Source of the DNA: Candidatus Nanopelagicaceae bacterium
GTDB taxonomy: Bacteria; Chloroflexota; Dormibacteria; Aeolococcales; Bog-877
Assembly (NCBI GenBank): GCA_035531535.1
Contig: DATKSV010000003.1
Coordinates: 1 to 47,580 of the forward strand
DNA: 47,580 nucleotides
Direction of reading: 5' to 3'
Part shown: positions 38,026-47,377 of the stretch, piece by piece
Layout of the letters: each line of letters starts with the position of its first letter
How positions within the stretch are numbered: position 1 is the stretch's first letter
Translations under genes and position numbers: made by a program
The notes under the pieces: model-generated
The model's input: the letters and a program-made list of their open reading frames with translations, nothing else
Database searches by the model: none
What the model was told of the DNA's origin: nothing

Positions 38026-41000
38026 CGAGAGCCGCGCGCGGCGGACTCGAGGGCTGCTGGTGCTTGAGTCCGGGGCCAGCTTCGAGGGCACCTGGCTGGG
38101 CGCCGCACCGAAGCAGGCCTTTGGCGAGGTGGTGTTCAACACCTGCATGACCGGGTACCAGGAGGTGTTGACGGATCCCTCGTACGCGGGCCAGTTCGTG
38201 GTCTTCACCCAGCCCCTGATCGGCAACGTCGGCTGTGCCCCAGTCGACATGGAGTCGAGCCGGGCCTGGGCACGGGGTGTGATCGTCGCCGAAGCCAGCC
38301 CCACCTCCCCCCACTGGCAGGCCCAGGAGACATTCTCCAACTGGTTGAGGCACCAGGGCGTCCCGGGCCTGACCGGGGTCGACACCCGGGCGCTCACCCG
38401 ACACCTCCGCGACCACGGGACGCTCAAGGGGGTGCTGGCCCCGCTGGACGGGCGGGATCCCATCGAGCTGCTGCAGCTGGCCCGGGAGTCGCCCGGGGTC
38501 TCCCAGCAACGGCTCGTCGCCGAAGTCTCCTGCACGGCTACTTACCAGGCCAGCGACCCGCTTCATCCGGCGCTGCTCCGGGGCGCTGCTGGCGGCAGGA
38601 GCGGGGAGCCGCTGAGGATCGCTGTGATCGACTTCGGAGTCAAGTACAACACCCTGCGGTCGCTGGTCAGCCGAGGCGCCGAGGTGTGGGTCCTCCCCCA
38701 CTCCGCCGCCCCAGCCGACCTGGAGCGGCTGGCCCCGGACGGGGTGGTTCTGACCAACGGACCTGGCGATCCGGCCCAGCTCCCGGCGGAGCTGGAGCTC
38801 ACCCGGGCGGTGCTGGCCCGCTACCCGGTGCTGGCCATCTGCCTGGGGCACCAGCTGGTGGGCCGGGCCATCGGGGCGACCACCAGCCGGCTCCCCTTCG
38901 GACACCACGGGGGCAATCACCCGGTTCAGGACGAGACCACCGGCAGGGTCTTCGTCACCCCCCAAAACCATGAGTTCCAGGTCGACTCGGAGAGCATTCC
39001 CGAGGGCTCAGGCTGGTTTGTCTCGGAGCGCAACCTCAACGACGGCTCGGTGGAGGGCATCCGGCATCGGCAGCTGCCGGTGATCTCGGTTCAGTACCAC
39101 CCCGAGGGAAGCCCGGGGCCCCAGGACCGCCAACACCTCTTCGACGAGTTCCTGGCGCTCTGCCGGGACGAGCCGCGGGTGGAGGCGGCGCCGGCTCCGA
39201 GAACAAGCCGCGACCGGCCCCGCAAGGTCCTGGTCCTAGGCAGTGGGCCGATCGTGATCGGGCAGGCCGCCGAGTTCGACTACGCGGGGACTCAGGCCTG
39301 CCATTCCCTGCGCGAGGAGGGCGTCGAGGTGGTGTTGGTCAACAGCAACCCGGCCACCATCATGACCGACGAGGACACCGCCGACCGCGTCTACCTGGAG
39401 CCCCTCACCGTGGAGTCGGTGGAGAGGATCATCGCTCTGGAGCGCCCTGATGCCCTGCTGGCCGGGCTGGGCGGCCAGACCGCCCTCAACCTCGCCGTCC
39501 AGCTCGACGACCAGGGAGTTCTGGCGCGCCACTCGGTGCGGGTGCTGGGAACTCAGCTGGAAGCGGTGCGCGACTCCGAGGATCGGGACCGGTTCAAGCG
39601 CCGGATGGTGGCGATCGGGGAGCCGGTGCCGCCCTCGCGGACGGTCAACAGCGTCGCCGAGGCGGTCCACTTCGCCGCCGAGGTCGGGCTGCCTTTGGTG
39701 GTGCGGCCCGCCTTCACCCTGGGTGGCACCGGCGGTGGCATAGCCAGCAGCGACGAGGAGCTGGAGCAGATCGTCGCCCGGGGCCTGCGCGCCAGCCCCA
39801 TCACCCAGGTGCTGGTGGAGCAGGCACTGCTGGGCTGGCGGGAGCTGGAGTACGAGGTGATGCGCGATGGAGATGGCAGCTGCATCTGCGTTTGCAACAT
39901 GGAGAACCTCGACCCCATGGGCGTCCACACCGGGGACTCGGTGGTGGTGGCCCCCAGCCAGACCCTCACCGACAAGGAACACCAGCAGCTCCGCTCGGCG
40001 GCGCTCCGGATCATCTCCGCGCTGGGGATAGAGGGCGGCTGCAACGTCCAGTTCGCGCTCGCCCCCGACGCCTGCAACTACTTCGTGATCGAGGTCAACC
40101 CCAGGGTCAGCCGCTCGTCGGCCCTGGCCTCGAAGGCGACCGGCTACCCGATCGCGCGGGTCGCCGCCAAGATCGCCCTCGGGCTCAGCCTGCGCGAGAT
40201 CCAAAACCAGGTGACGCAGCGCACCTCGGCCGCCTTCGAGCCCAGCCTCGACTACTGCGTGGTCAAGATCCCGCGCTGGCCGTTCGACAAATTCCCCCAC
40301 GGCGACCGCCGCCTGGGTACCCAGATGAAGTCCACCGGCGAGGCGATGGCGATCGGGCGCAACTTTCAGTCCGCGATCTCCAAGGCGCTGCGTTCGCTGG
40401 AGCAGGGCCAACCCGACGAGGCCACGCTGCGGCTGGCCAGCGAGAGGCTGGAGCAGGCCACCGATCTGCGGCTGCTGGGAGTGCTGGAGGCGCTGCGCCA
40501 GGGCCAGCCAGCAACGACGGTCGCCGCCCGCACCGGGTACCCGGCCTGGTTCTGTGATCGGCTGGGGGAGCTGGTCGCCCTGGAACAGGAGCTGGGACAG
40601 AGCCCTGGTGCCGTCCCACAACCGGGCCTTCTCCGGCGAGCCAAGCAGTTCGGGCTCAGCGACCAACGGATCGCCGAGCTCATCCACGTTGACCTCCAGC
40701 GGCTCCGGGAGCATCGCCTGACGGCCGGGATCCAGCCCACCTTCAAGTGCGTCGACACCTGTGCCGCCGAGTTCGACGCCACCACCCCCTACTTCTACTC
40801 CAGCTTCGAGCAGGAGAACGAGCAGAGGGCTGGGGGTGGAGCGGCGGTGGTGCTGGGCTCGGGGCCGATCCGGATCGGCCAGGGGATCGAGTTCGATTAC
40901 TGCTCGGTGCAGGCGGCGGCGGCCCTGCGCCGCCAGGGTCTGGAAGCGGTCATGATCAACAGCAATCCGGAGACGGTGTCCACCGACTTCGACTGCAGTA

Positions 41001-42460
41001 GCCGCCTCTACTTCGAACCACTCGACCTGGAGGCGGTGCTCGAGGTCTGCTCAGTTGAGAGGCCGCTGGGGGTCGTGGTCCAGTTCGGCGGCCAGACCGC
41101 GATCAACCTGGCGCCCCGCCTGGAACGGCTCGGGGTGCCCCTGCTGGGGTCGCCCAGCCGGGCGATAGAGATGGCCGAGGATCGCGGTCAGTTCGAGGCA
41201 CTGCTCGGCCGGCTGGGGATCGCGCGGCCGCCGGGCGCGGTGACCCGGGACCCGGACGAGGCGGTGGCGATCGCACGCCGAGTGGGGTACCCGGTGCTGG
41301 TACGCCCCTCCTACGTGCTCGGGGGGCGGGCGATGGACGTCACCCACTCCGAGGAGGAGTTGCGCCACTACCTGGGGGAGGCGCTGCGAGCCTCCGGCGA
41401 CGCCGGGGGCGAGGTCCTGATTGACAAGTACATCCTGGGGCTAGAGGTCGAGGTAGACGCGGTCAGCGACGGAACCGAGGTGCTCGTCCCCGGGGTCATG
41501 GAGCACATCGAGCGTGCCGGGGTGCACTCGGGTGACTCGATGGCGGTCTTCCCGCCCCAGCGGCTCAGGCCGGAGGCGATCGCGGAGCTGGTCGAGACCA
41601 CCACCAGGCTCGCTCTGGAGACCGGCACGGTTGGGCTGATCAACGTCCAGTACGTGGTCCATCGGGGGCGGGTGCTGGTGATCGAGGTCAATCCCCGCTC
41701 CAGCCGGACGGTGCCGTTCCTCAGCAAGGTGACCGGAGTGGCGATGGTGGATGCCGCCGTCCGCGCGATGCTGGGACAGTCCCTCCGGGGGCAGGGGCTG
41801 CGCCCCGGGCTGGCACCCCCGCCACCGCTGATAGCGGTCAAGGCCCCGGTGTTCTCCAGCCGCAAGCTGAACTCGGTGGACACGGTCCTGGGGCCGGAGA
41901 TGACCTCCACTGGCGAGGTGATCGGCGTCGACGCCACGCTCACGGCCGCACTCGAGAAGGCGTTCCTGGCGGCCTTGGGATCTTTGCCCAGCCAGGGGGG
42001 CGCCCTGGTCAGCATCGCCGACCAGGACAAGCCGGAGGGCCTCCCGGTGGTGGCGAGGCTGGCGGAGCTGGGCTTCACCATCTACGCCACCGCGGGCACC
42101 GCGGCCGCCCTGCGCCAGGCTGGAGTCAGCGTGGTGGAGGTCAACAAGCTGCACTCCGGACGCCCCGACGTGGTCGATGTGACGGTCGGCGGGCAGGTGC
42201 AGCTGGTGATCAACACCATCTCCCGGGTGGCGACGGACGAGATGCTGGGCGAGGAGTCCCACGGCGACTCCCGGCGCCCGGTCCGGGACGGATACCGGAT
42301 CCGTCAGGCGGCGGTGCAGCGGGGCATCCCCTGCCTCACCTCCCTCGACACCGCGGCGGCGCTGGTGCAGGCGCTGGAGAGCAGCCAGGGAGGGAGCCTG
42401 ACCCGGATCGCCACCATCGACGAGCACCGCCGAGGCACTCCGCAGGTGGCCCCAGCGTGA
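38018..42460 (+). CDS. carAB: Carbamoyl-phosphate synthase, small (glutaminase) and large subunits fused in one 1480-aa frame.
   Basis: A TTG start overlaps the pyrC stop. Residues 1-390 or so form the CarA GATase domain, with a Cys in AICLGHQL. The linker EPRVEAAPAPRTSRDRP runs straight into the CarB N-terminus KVLVLGSGPIVIGQAAEFDYAGTQAC with no stop. Two ATP-grasp halves and a C-terminal MGS-like domain follow. Confidence 0.85.
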   Translation: MTDESRARRTRGLLVLESGASFEGTWLGAAPKQAFGEVVFNTCMTGYQEVLTDPSYAGQFVVFTQPLIGNVGCAPVDMESSRAWARGVIVAEASPTSPHWQAQETFSNWLRHQGVPGLTGVDTRALTRHLRDHGTLKGVLAPLDGRDPIELLQLARESPGVSQQRLVAEVSCTATYQASDPLHPALLRGAAGGRSGEPLRIAVIDFGVKYNTLRSLVSRGAEVWVLPHSAAPADLERLAPDGVVLTNGPGDPAQLPAELELTRAVLARYPVLAICLGHQLVGRAIGATTSRLPFGHHGGNHPVQDETTGRVFVTPQNHEFQVDSESIPEGSGWFVSERNLNDGSVEGIRHRQLPVISVQYHPEGSPGPQDRQHLFDEFLALCRDEPRVEAAPAPRTSRDRPRKVLVLGSGPIVIGQAAEFDYAGTQACHSLREEGVEVVLVNSNPATIMTDEDTADRVYLEPLTVESVERIIALERPDALLAGLGGQTALNLAVQLDDQGVLARHSVRVLGTQLEAVRDSEDRDRFKRRMVAIGEPVPPSRTVNSVAEAVHFAAEVGLPLVVRPAFTLGGTGGGIASSDEELEQIVARGLRASPITQVLVEQALLGWRELEYEVMRDGDGSCICVCNMENLDPMGVHTGDSVVVAPSQTLTDKEHQQLRSAALRIISALGIEGGCNVQFALAPDACNYFVIEVNPRVSRSSALASKATGYPIARVAAKIALGLSLREIQNQVTQRTSAAFEPSLDYCVVKIPRWPFDKFPHGDRRLGTQMKSTGEAMAIGRNFQSAISKALRSLEQGQPDEATLRLASERLEQATDLRLLGVLEALRQGQPATTVAARTGYPAWFCDRLGELVALEQELGQSPGAVPQPGLLRRAKQFGLSDQRIAELIHVDLQRLREHRLTAGIQPTFKCVDTCAAEFDATTPYFYSSFEQENEQRAGGGAAVVLGSGPIRIGQGIEFDYCSVQAAAALRRQGLEAVMINSNPETVSTDFDCSSRLYFEPLDLEAVLEVCSVERPLGVVVQFGGQTAINLAPRLERLGVPLLGSPSRAIEMAEDRGQFEALLGRLGIARPPGAVTRDPDEAVAIARRVGYPVLVRPSYVLGGRAMDVTHSEEELRHYLGEALRASGDAGGEVLIDKYILGLEVEVDAVSDGTEVLVPGVMEHIERAGVHSGDSMAVFPPQRLRPEAIAELVETTTRLALETGTVGLINVQYVVHRGRVLVIEVNPRSSRTVPFLSKVTGVAMVDAAVRAMLGQSLRGQGLRPGLAPPPPLIAVKAPVFSSRKLNSVDTVLGPEMTSTGEVIGVDATLTAALEKAFLAALGSLPSQGGALVSIADQDKPEGLPVVARLAELGFTIYATAGTAAALRQAGVSVVEVNKLHSGRPDVVDVTVGGQVQLVINTISRVATDEMLGEESHGDSRRPVRDGYRIRQAAVQRGIPCLTSLDTAAALVQALESSQGGSLTRIATIDEHRRGTPQVAPA

Positions 42461-43350
42461 GCTCGGCAGAGCCGCTCAGCGCCGCCGCCCTGGTCGGCCG
42501 GAGCGACCTCTCCGGGGCTGTCGACGAGGCGGCTGTCTGCGCCCAGTCGGTCGACCTCGGGGCCAACCTGTTCGAGATCACCTTCGTGGCGCCCCAACTG
42601 GCACGGCTGGCCTGGCCCGGTCAGTTCGCCCAGATCCAGATCGATCCTGGCCCAGTTCCACTGCTGCGCCGGCCGTTCTCATTCAGCCGGGCCGACCCCG
42701 ACCAGGGCACGATCTCCTTCTACTTCGGGGTTGTCGGCGTGGGCACCAGCCTGATGGCTAGCTTCCGGCCCGGCCACCAGGTGCGGATCCTCGGACCCCT
42801 GGGCAGAGGATTCACCCTCCCCAAGACCAGGGGTCGGTCACTTCTGATCTCGGGGGGGTTGGGCGCTGCGCCGCTGCCGCTCCTGGCCGAGCGCCTGACC
42901 GCCCGTCAGGAGGAGGTGATCTGGCTCAATGGAGCCAGGACGGCGCGCGAGGTCTATCCCGACCATCTGATCCCTGCCGGCACCTCCCGCCGGGTCCAAT
43001 TCACCCAGGACGGCAGTGCCGGCAGGGCCGGGCTGGTCACAGATGGACTGGAGGACTGGCTGGACATCAGCCAGCGGATCTACGCCTGCGGCCCCAATGC
43101 GATGCTGAACGCGGTGCACTCGCTCTGGACGCAAAGAGCAGAGCTCCCGGGCCCCGAGCTCGAGGTGTCCATCGAGGCCCCGATGGGCTGCGGTTTCGGC
43201 ACCTGCCTGGGTTGCGCCATCCCCCTGCTCGACCCCGGCCACCCAGGCGGTGAGGGCCCGCTTGGCCTCTGCTGCCGGCAGGGGCCGGTCCTGGCGGCGA
43301 GTGCTCTCGACTGGGAGCGGCTGCTGCGCCAGCCGTCCCATCTGGAATAG
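42457..43350 (+). CDS. pyrK: Dihydroorotate dehydrogenase electron-transfer subunit (class 1B, FAD/[2Fe-2S]).
   Basis: Motifs RRPFS and CGPNAM, plus the C-terminal cluster CGFGTCLGCA. Confidence 0.85.
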   Translation: MSSAEPLSAAALVGRSDLSGAVDEAAVCAQSVDLGANLFEITFVAPQLARLAWPGQFAQIQIDPGPVPLLRRPFSFSRADPDQGTISFYFGVVGVGTSLMASFRPGHQVRILGPLGRGFTLPKTRGRSLLISGGLGAAPLPLLAERLTARQEEVIWLNGARTAREVYPDHLIPAGTSRRVQFTQDGSAGRAGLVTDGLEDWLDISQRIYACGPNAMLNAVHSLWTQRAELPGPELEVSIEAPMGCGFGTCLGCAIPLLDPGHPGGEGPLGLCCRQGPVLAASALDWERLLRQPSHLE

Positions 43351-43358
43351 GAGTCATC

Positions 43359-44288
43359 GTGGCCTTCGACGCCACCGTCGATCTCGGCCGAGGGCTGCTG
43401 CTGCCCAACCCCGTGGGCGTGGCCTCGGGCACTTTCGGCTACGGCTTTGAGCCTTTGGAGCTGGTCGGGATCGACCATCTGGGCGCCGTCTACTCCAAGG
43501 GCACCACCCTGAATCCCCGGGCCGGCAACTCTCCTCCTCGGATCGCGGAGACCACGGCGGGAATGCTGAACTCGATCGGCCTGCAGAACCCGGGGGTGGA
43601 GGTGGTGGCCAGCGAGTACGCCCCGATCTGGGCCACCTGGGCCCCTCCCGTGATCGTGAACGTGGCCGGCGCCGATATCGGTGAGTACGTGGCTGTCTGC
43701 GAGCGCCTCGACGGCGTGCCCGGGGTGGCCGGTCTGGAGCTCAACATCTCCTGTCCCAACATCGCCCACGGGTTGGACCTCGGCACCGACCCCGGCGCAG
43801 CGTCCGCCTGCGTCGCCGCGGTGCGGCAGGTGACCTCGCTCCCCCTGCTGGTCAAGCTCACCCCCAACGTCACCGACATCGGAGAGGTCGCCCGGGCGGT
43901 GGAGACCGCCGGGGCGGACGCGGTCACCGCGGTCAACACCTACCTGGGCATGAAGGTCTCCCTGCGTCGGCTGGGGCCGGTGCTGCCCGGTCTGGGCACG
44001 GCCGGTCTCAGCGGCCCCGCGATCAAGCCGCTGGCGCTGGCGGCGGTCGCCCGACTGCGGCGGGCGGTGGCGATTCCCGTGGTGGGCATCGGCGGCATCG
44101 GGTCGACCCAGGACGCTCTGGAGTTCCTGGCCGCCGGGGCGGCGGCGGTCCAGATCGGGACCGCCAATTTCCACTCCCCTCACATCTCCCGTCAGGTGGT
44201 GCGCGGTTGCCTGGAATACGCCGCTCGGAGCGGGCTCGAAACCTGGGATCAGGTCCTCCAGCGCCCGGTCCGGCCTGAGCCCGCCTGA
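43359..44288 (+). CDS. pyrD: Dihydroorotate dehydrogenase catalytic subunit (class 1B).
   Basis: Motifs NPVGVASGTFGYG, GMLNSIGLQNPG and NISCPN. Confidence 0.9.
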   Translation: MAFDATVDLGRGLLLPNPVGVASGTFGYGFEPLELVGIDHLGAVYSKGTTLNPRAGNSPPRIAETTAGMLNSIGLQNPGVEVVASEYAPIWATWAPPVIVNVAGADIGEYVAVCERLDGVPGVAGLELNISCPNIAHGLDLGTDPGAASACVAAVRQVTSLPLLVKLTPNVTDIGEVARAVETAGADAVTAVNTYLGMKVSLRRLGPVLPGLGTAGLSGPAIKPLALAAVARLRRAVAIPVVGIGGIGSTQDALEFLAAGAAAVQIGTANFHSPHISRQVVRGCLEYAARSGLETWDQVLQRPVRPEPA

Positions 44289-44391
44289 GGCAGGCCCGGC
44301 CACCTGGATCGGCCCAGCTGTGGGCCGCGGCCCCGGCCCGGATCGAGTACTGTCACTCCGGTCATGACACGAACAAGAGGATGGGACCAGG

Positions 44392-44781
44392 GTGCCCCCT
44401 GACCCGAGCGGAGGTGGCGCCCTGCGGGACCGGCTGGCCGGCCACCGAACGGTCCTGGCCTGGGTGCGCACCGGGATATCGCTGGCCGGCCTGGGCTTCG
44501 TGGTCGCCAAGTTCGGCCTCTTCCTGCGCTTGCTCAGCGTCAGGACCCAGACCAAGGCACTGCCGAGCGCCCCCTTCTCCGGCTACCTGGGAGTGGCCCT
44601 GGTGGCGATGGGAGCTGCCACCATGCTGCTGGGATATCGCCAGCACCGCCACGGCCTCGCTACCGGCCAAGCCGCGCCCGACGGGCTGCCCTCCGAATGG
44701 CCGCTGATGCTGCTGGTGGGCGGCTGTTCCCTCGCCAGTCTGGCGCTGGCCGTATACCTCCTGATCGGCCCAGGGGGCTGA
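44392..44781 (+). CDS. DUF202 (YidH-like) membrane protein.
   Basis: The DUF202 N-terminal motif is LRDRLAGHRTVLAWVRTGISLAGLGFVVAKF. The protein is 129 aa with 2-3 TM segments. The start is a GTG. Confidence 0.7.
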   Translation: MPPDPSGGGALRDRLAGHRTVLAWVRTGISLAGLGFVVAKFGLFLRLLSVRTQTKALPSAPFSGYLGVALVAMGAATMLLGYRQHRHGLATGQAAPDGLPSEWPLMLLVGGCSLASLALAVYLLIGPGG

Positions 44782-44879
44782 TCCCGCCAATCGCGGCGGC
44801 GGCTCCCGGCCCCCCGGCCCGGCCCGGTGACAAGGGGATAGGAGGTGTCGCGCGGAACCGGCGGCCGGACGACGTTCCC

Positions 44880-45110
44880 GTTGGCCGAGATATCAAGTTT
44901 CACTCTGGCCGGCTGTGGCGTCTGGCGTGGACCGACGTACTCCACGCGGCCCTCGGCGGAGAGCTCGTCAGAGCCGCGGGCGCTGTCCGTACCGTGGCCG
45001 ACTTCCTCGGACGCTCCGACCCCGCGCTGACGCGCCGCGTGTACAGCCATGCCATCGCAGAGCGGAACCAGACAGCTGCTGCGATCCGTTGCCATCGGCT
45101 GCTGAACCCA
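44880..45110 (+). pseudogene. Tyrosine recombinase (phage-type integrase) C-terminal remnant.
   Basis: The translation TDVLHAALGGELVRAAGAVRTVADFLGRSDPALTRRVYSHAIAERN matches the integrase C-terminal block (LRHTFAT.LL.AG.DLRTIQELLGHSSIATT.RYTHV). No N-terminal catalytic domain remains in frame upstream. Confidence 0.4.
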
Positions 45111-45700
45111 TGTTCGCTTGCGCTGGCCTTGCCGGGCGTGCAGAATCCCTGCCCGTGCTGACCGGTGAACTCGTAACTCTTCGCCCCATCGAGCCTGACG
45201 ACTACCTGGCACTGGCGGACTTCGCCAACGACGTCGAGCTGGAGCTCCTTGGAGGCGGTGATCCGCCCACCCCCACACCCCAGGCATCAGTCGCCGCATT
45301 GTACGAACAGCAGCGAGAGAATCCCGACTCGATCAACTTCGCGATCACCGCGAACGAAGCGGCGGGGAAGCTGATCGGCCAGTGCGGACTGTGGCGTCAC
45401 GACCAACTCGGCCGGACCGTCGAGCTGGGCATAACCATTGGGGTGAGAGAGTACTGGGGGCGGGGCTACGGCCGCGAAGCGGTGGCGCTCCTGGTCGGTT
45501 ACGCCTTCCGGCTGCGCAACATGCGCAAGGTCCACCTGTCCGTCCACGCCAACAACACCCGAGCCATCCGCTCCTACACCGCCGCCGGCTTTGTCGAGGA
45601 GGGCCGCCTGCGGGAGCATGTGTGGAGCGACGGAGCTTATGTCGACCTGGTGCTGATGGGCCGCCTACGGCGTCCCGAGGACGACGTCCTCCCCGCCTGA
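45110..45700 (+). CDS. GNAT-family N-acetyltransferase (RimJ/RimL-like).
   Basis: Motifs LVTLRPIEPDDYLAL, the acetyl-CoA-binding stretch WGRGYGREAVALLVGYAF, and VHANNTRAIRSYTAAGFVEEG. The start was taken at the in-frame ATG 45110. The track began it further upstream, inside the integrase remnant. Confidence 0.75.
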   Translation: MFACAGLAGRAESLPVLTGELVTLRPIEPDDYLALADFANDVELELLGGGDPPTPTPQASVAALYEQQRENPDSINFAITANEAAGKLIGQCGLWRHDQLGRTVELGITIGVREYWGRGYGREAVALLVGYAFRLRNMRKVHLSVHANNTRAIRSYTAAGFVEEGRLREHVWSDGAYVDLVLMGRLRRPEDDVLPA

Positions 45701-45764
45701 GCAGCCTGGGGAGGCAGCGAGCGTCCCAACCATCCCCCCACGGCAAGACAGCGATGGCCTCAGG

Positions 45765-46403
45765 GTGACTCTTCGTTCCGTGGTTCCCCAAGGGCCGGCT
45801 CCTGGCCAGCGCCGCCCAAGCAGCGCGGCCGGGCGGATCAAGACCCATGGCGCTCGGGTGGCCTGTCGATCAGGCTCAACGACTGGTCGCTCTGTGGGGA
45901 GCTCGAAGGCCCGGCGAGTGAGCCAGAACCGGGATGGACGCGCCCTCTCCCACTCCACCTTGGCGGAGATTCGCCAGCCGGCAGTGGAACGCATCGTGCG
46001 AGACGGCGATAGTCCGGAGCTAGTGATCAAAGCGCTGGGATTCCATCGCTCTGTGATCTACGAGTGGCTGGGGCGGTTCCGTAAGGGGGGAATGGCGGCG
46101 CTGGAGGCCCAACCAGTGCCGGGACGGCCCAGCAAGCTGGGGCCCAAGGAGATGCAGCGGTGGCGGGAGGAGGAGTACCCCGCCATCCAGAAGCTGGCCA
46201 AGCAGGAAGATGCGGTGATCTACTTCGGGGATGAGGCGGGGATCCGCTCCGATCACCCCAGCGGCACCACTTGGGCCCCCCAAGGCATGACCCCTGTGGC
46301 GCGGACGACGGGGAGCCGCTTCGGGATGAACCTGATCTCAGCGTTCTCTGCCAAGGGGTTGCGAACAGTTGCTCGTACGATGAGCTATGGTGAGCGGAGA
46401 TGA
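45765..46403 (+). pseudogene. IS630-family transposase, N-terminal HTH plus the start of the DDE domain only (truncated).
   Basis: The wHTH region (RSVIYEWLGRFRKGGMAALEAQPVPGRP) and the first DDE block (VIYFGDEAGIRSDHPSGTTWAPQGMTPV..NLISAFSAKG) are present. The homology ends abruptly at the IS607-type tnpA start. About 150 of the expected roughly 340 aa are present. Confidence 0.6.
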
Positions 46404-46938
46404 ACTTAAAGGAGTGGGCGAGGGTGCAGGGGATTCACCCGGTGACCGCATACCGTTGGTTCCGGGATGGCACGCTGCCGGTGCCGGCGCGCCGCGTTGG
46501 GGGCCTGATCCTGGTGGACGCTCCAGGCTCAGCCGCCGCCACTGGCAGGGTCGCCGTCTACGCCCGCGTTTCGTCGGCGGACCAGCGCACCGACCTCGAC
46601 CGGCAAGTGGCCCGGGTCACCGCGTGGGCGACAGGCGAGGGCCTCTCGGTCGGCCGTGTGGTCACCGAGGTGGGCTCCGCGCTGAACGGCAAACGGCGCA
46701 AGTTTCTGGCTCTGCTGCGGGACGAGTGGCGATGATCGTGGTCGAGCACAGGGACCGATTTGCCCGCTTCGGCGCCGAGTACGTGGAAGCCGCGCTTTCC
46801 GCGCCGGGGCGCCGGCTGCTGGGGGTGGATCCCGCCGAGATGGACGACGACTTGGTCCGGGACGTGACCGAGATCCTCACCTGCTCGGCGCCCGTCTCTA
46901 CGGTCGCCGAGCAGCGAGGAATCGGGCGGCCCGATTAA
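46400..46938 (+). pseudogene. tnpA: IS607-type serine-recombinase transposase TnpA with a frameshift near 46730.
   Basis: Frame 1 reads MNLKEWARVQGIHPVTAYRWFRDGTLPVPARRVGGLILV...VAVYARVSSADQRTDLDRQVARVTAWA...NGKRRKFLALLRDEWR*. The protein continues in the +2 frame as MIVVEHRDRFARFGAEYVEAALSAPGRRLLGVDPAEMDDDLVRDVTEILT. A one-base indel would restore it. Confidence 0.75.
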
Positions 46939-46960
46939 CCGCTGCGGTGACCGGGATGGG

Positions 46961-47377
46961 ATGCGACTCATGACCACAATGCCGGTCGCACATGGGACCA
47001 AGAAGAAGTGGGCTCCGCCGGGGAAGTTCGCAATCCCCAACGGCTGGGTCGCAGGCGGTTTCAGCTTCGAGGTGGAGTGGCCCGAGGGCCAGGAAGTCGC
47101 CTCCTTGGTCCGCTCCCAGTTCGGCGGCCGACGCTACGCCTACAACTGGGCTTTGGGCCAGGTGAAGGCCGACATTGACGCCCCCAAGATCGAGCCCGCC
47201 CAGGAGTCGGTGCGGTGGAACCTCTACTCGCTGCGCAAGAGATGGAACGCCGAGAAGGCCACGGTGGCGCCATGGTGGGCGGAAAACTCCAAGGAGGCGT
47301 ACTCCACAGGGATCGCCGACCTTGCCGTGGCGCTCAAGAACTGGTCCGACTCCAAAAGTGGGGGTGGCGCCATGTGA
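46961..47377 (+). CDS. tnpB: TnpB (OrfB_IS605 family, RNA-guided-nuclease ancestor) N-terminal portion. The frame breaks at 47377.
   Basis: The N-terminal OrfB motif is RSQFGGRRYAYNWALGQVKADI...ALKNWSDSKSGGG. After the stop at 47377 none of the three frames shows the expected RuvC-like continuation. Confidence 0.55.
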   Translation: MRLMTTMPVAHGTKKKWAPPGKFAIPNGWVAGGFSFEVEWPEGQEVASLVRSQFGGRRYAYNWALGQVKADIDAPKIEPAQESVRWNLYSLRKRWNAEKATVAPWWAENSKEAYSTGIADLAVALKNWSDSKSGGGAM

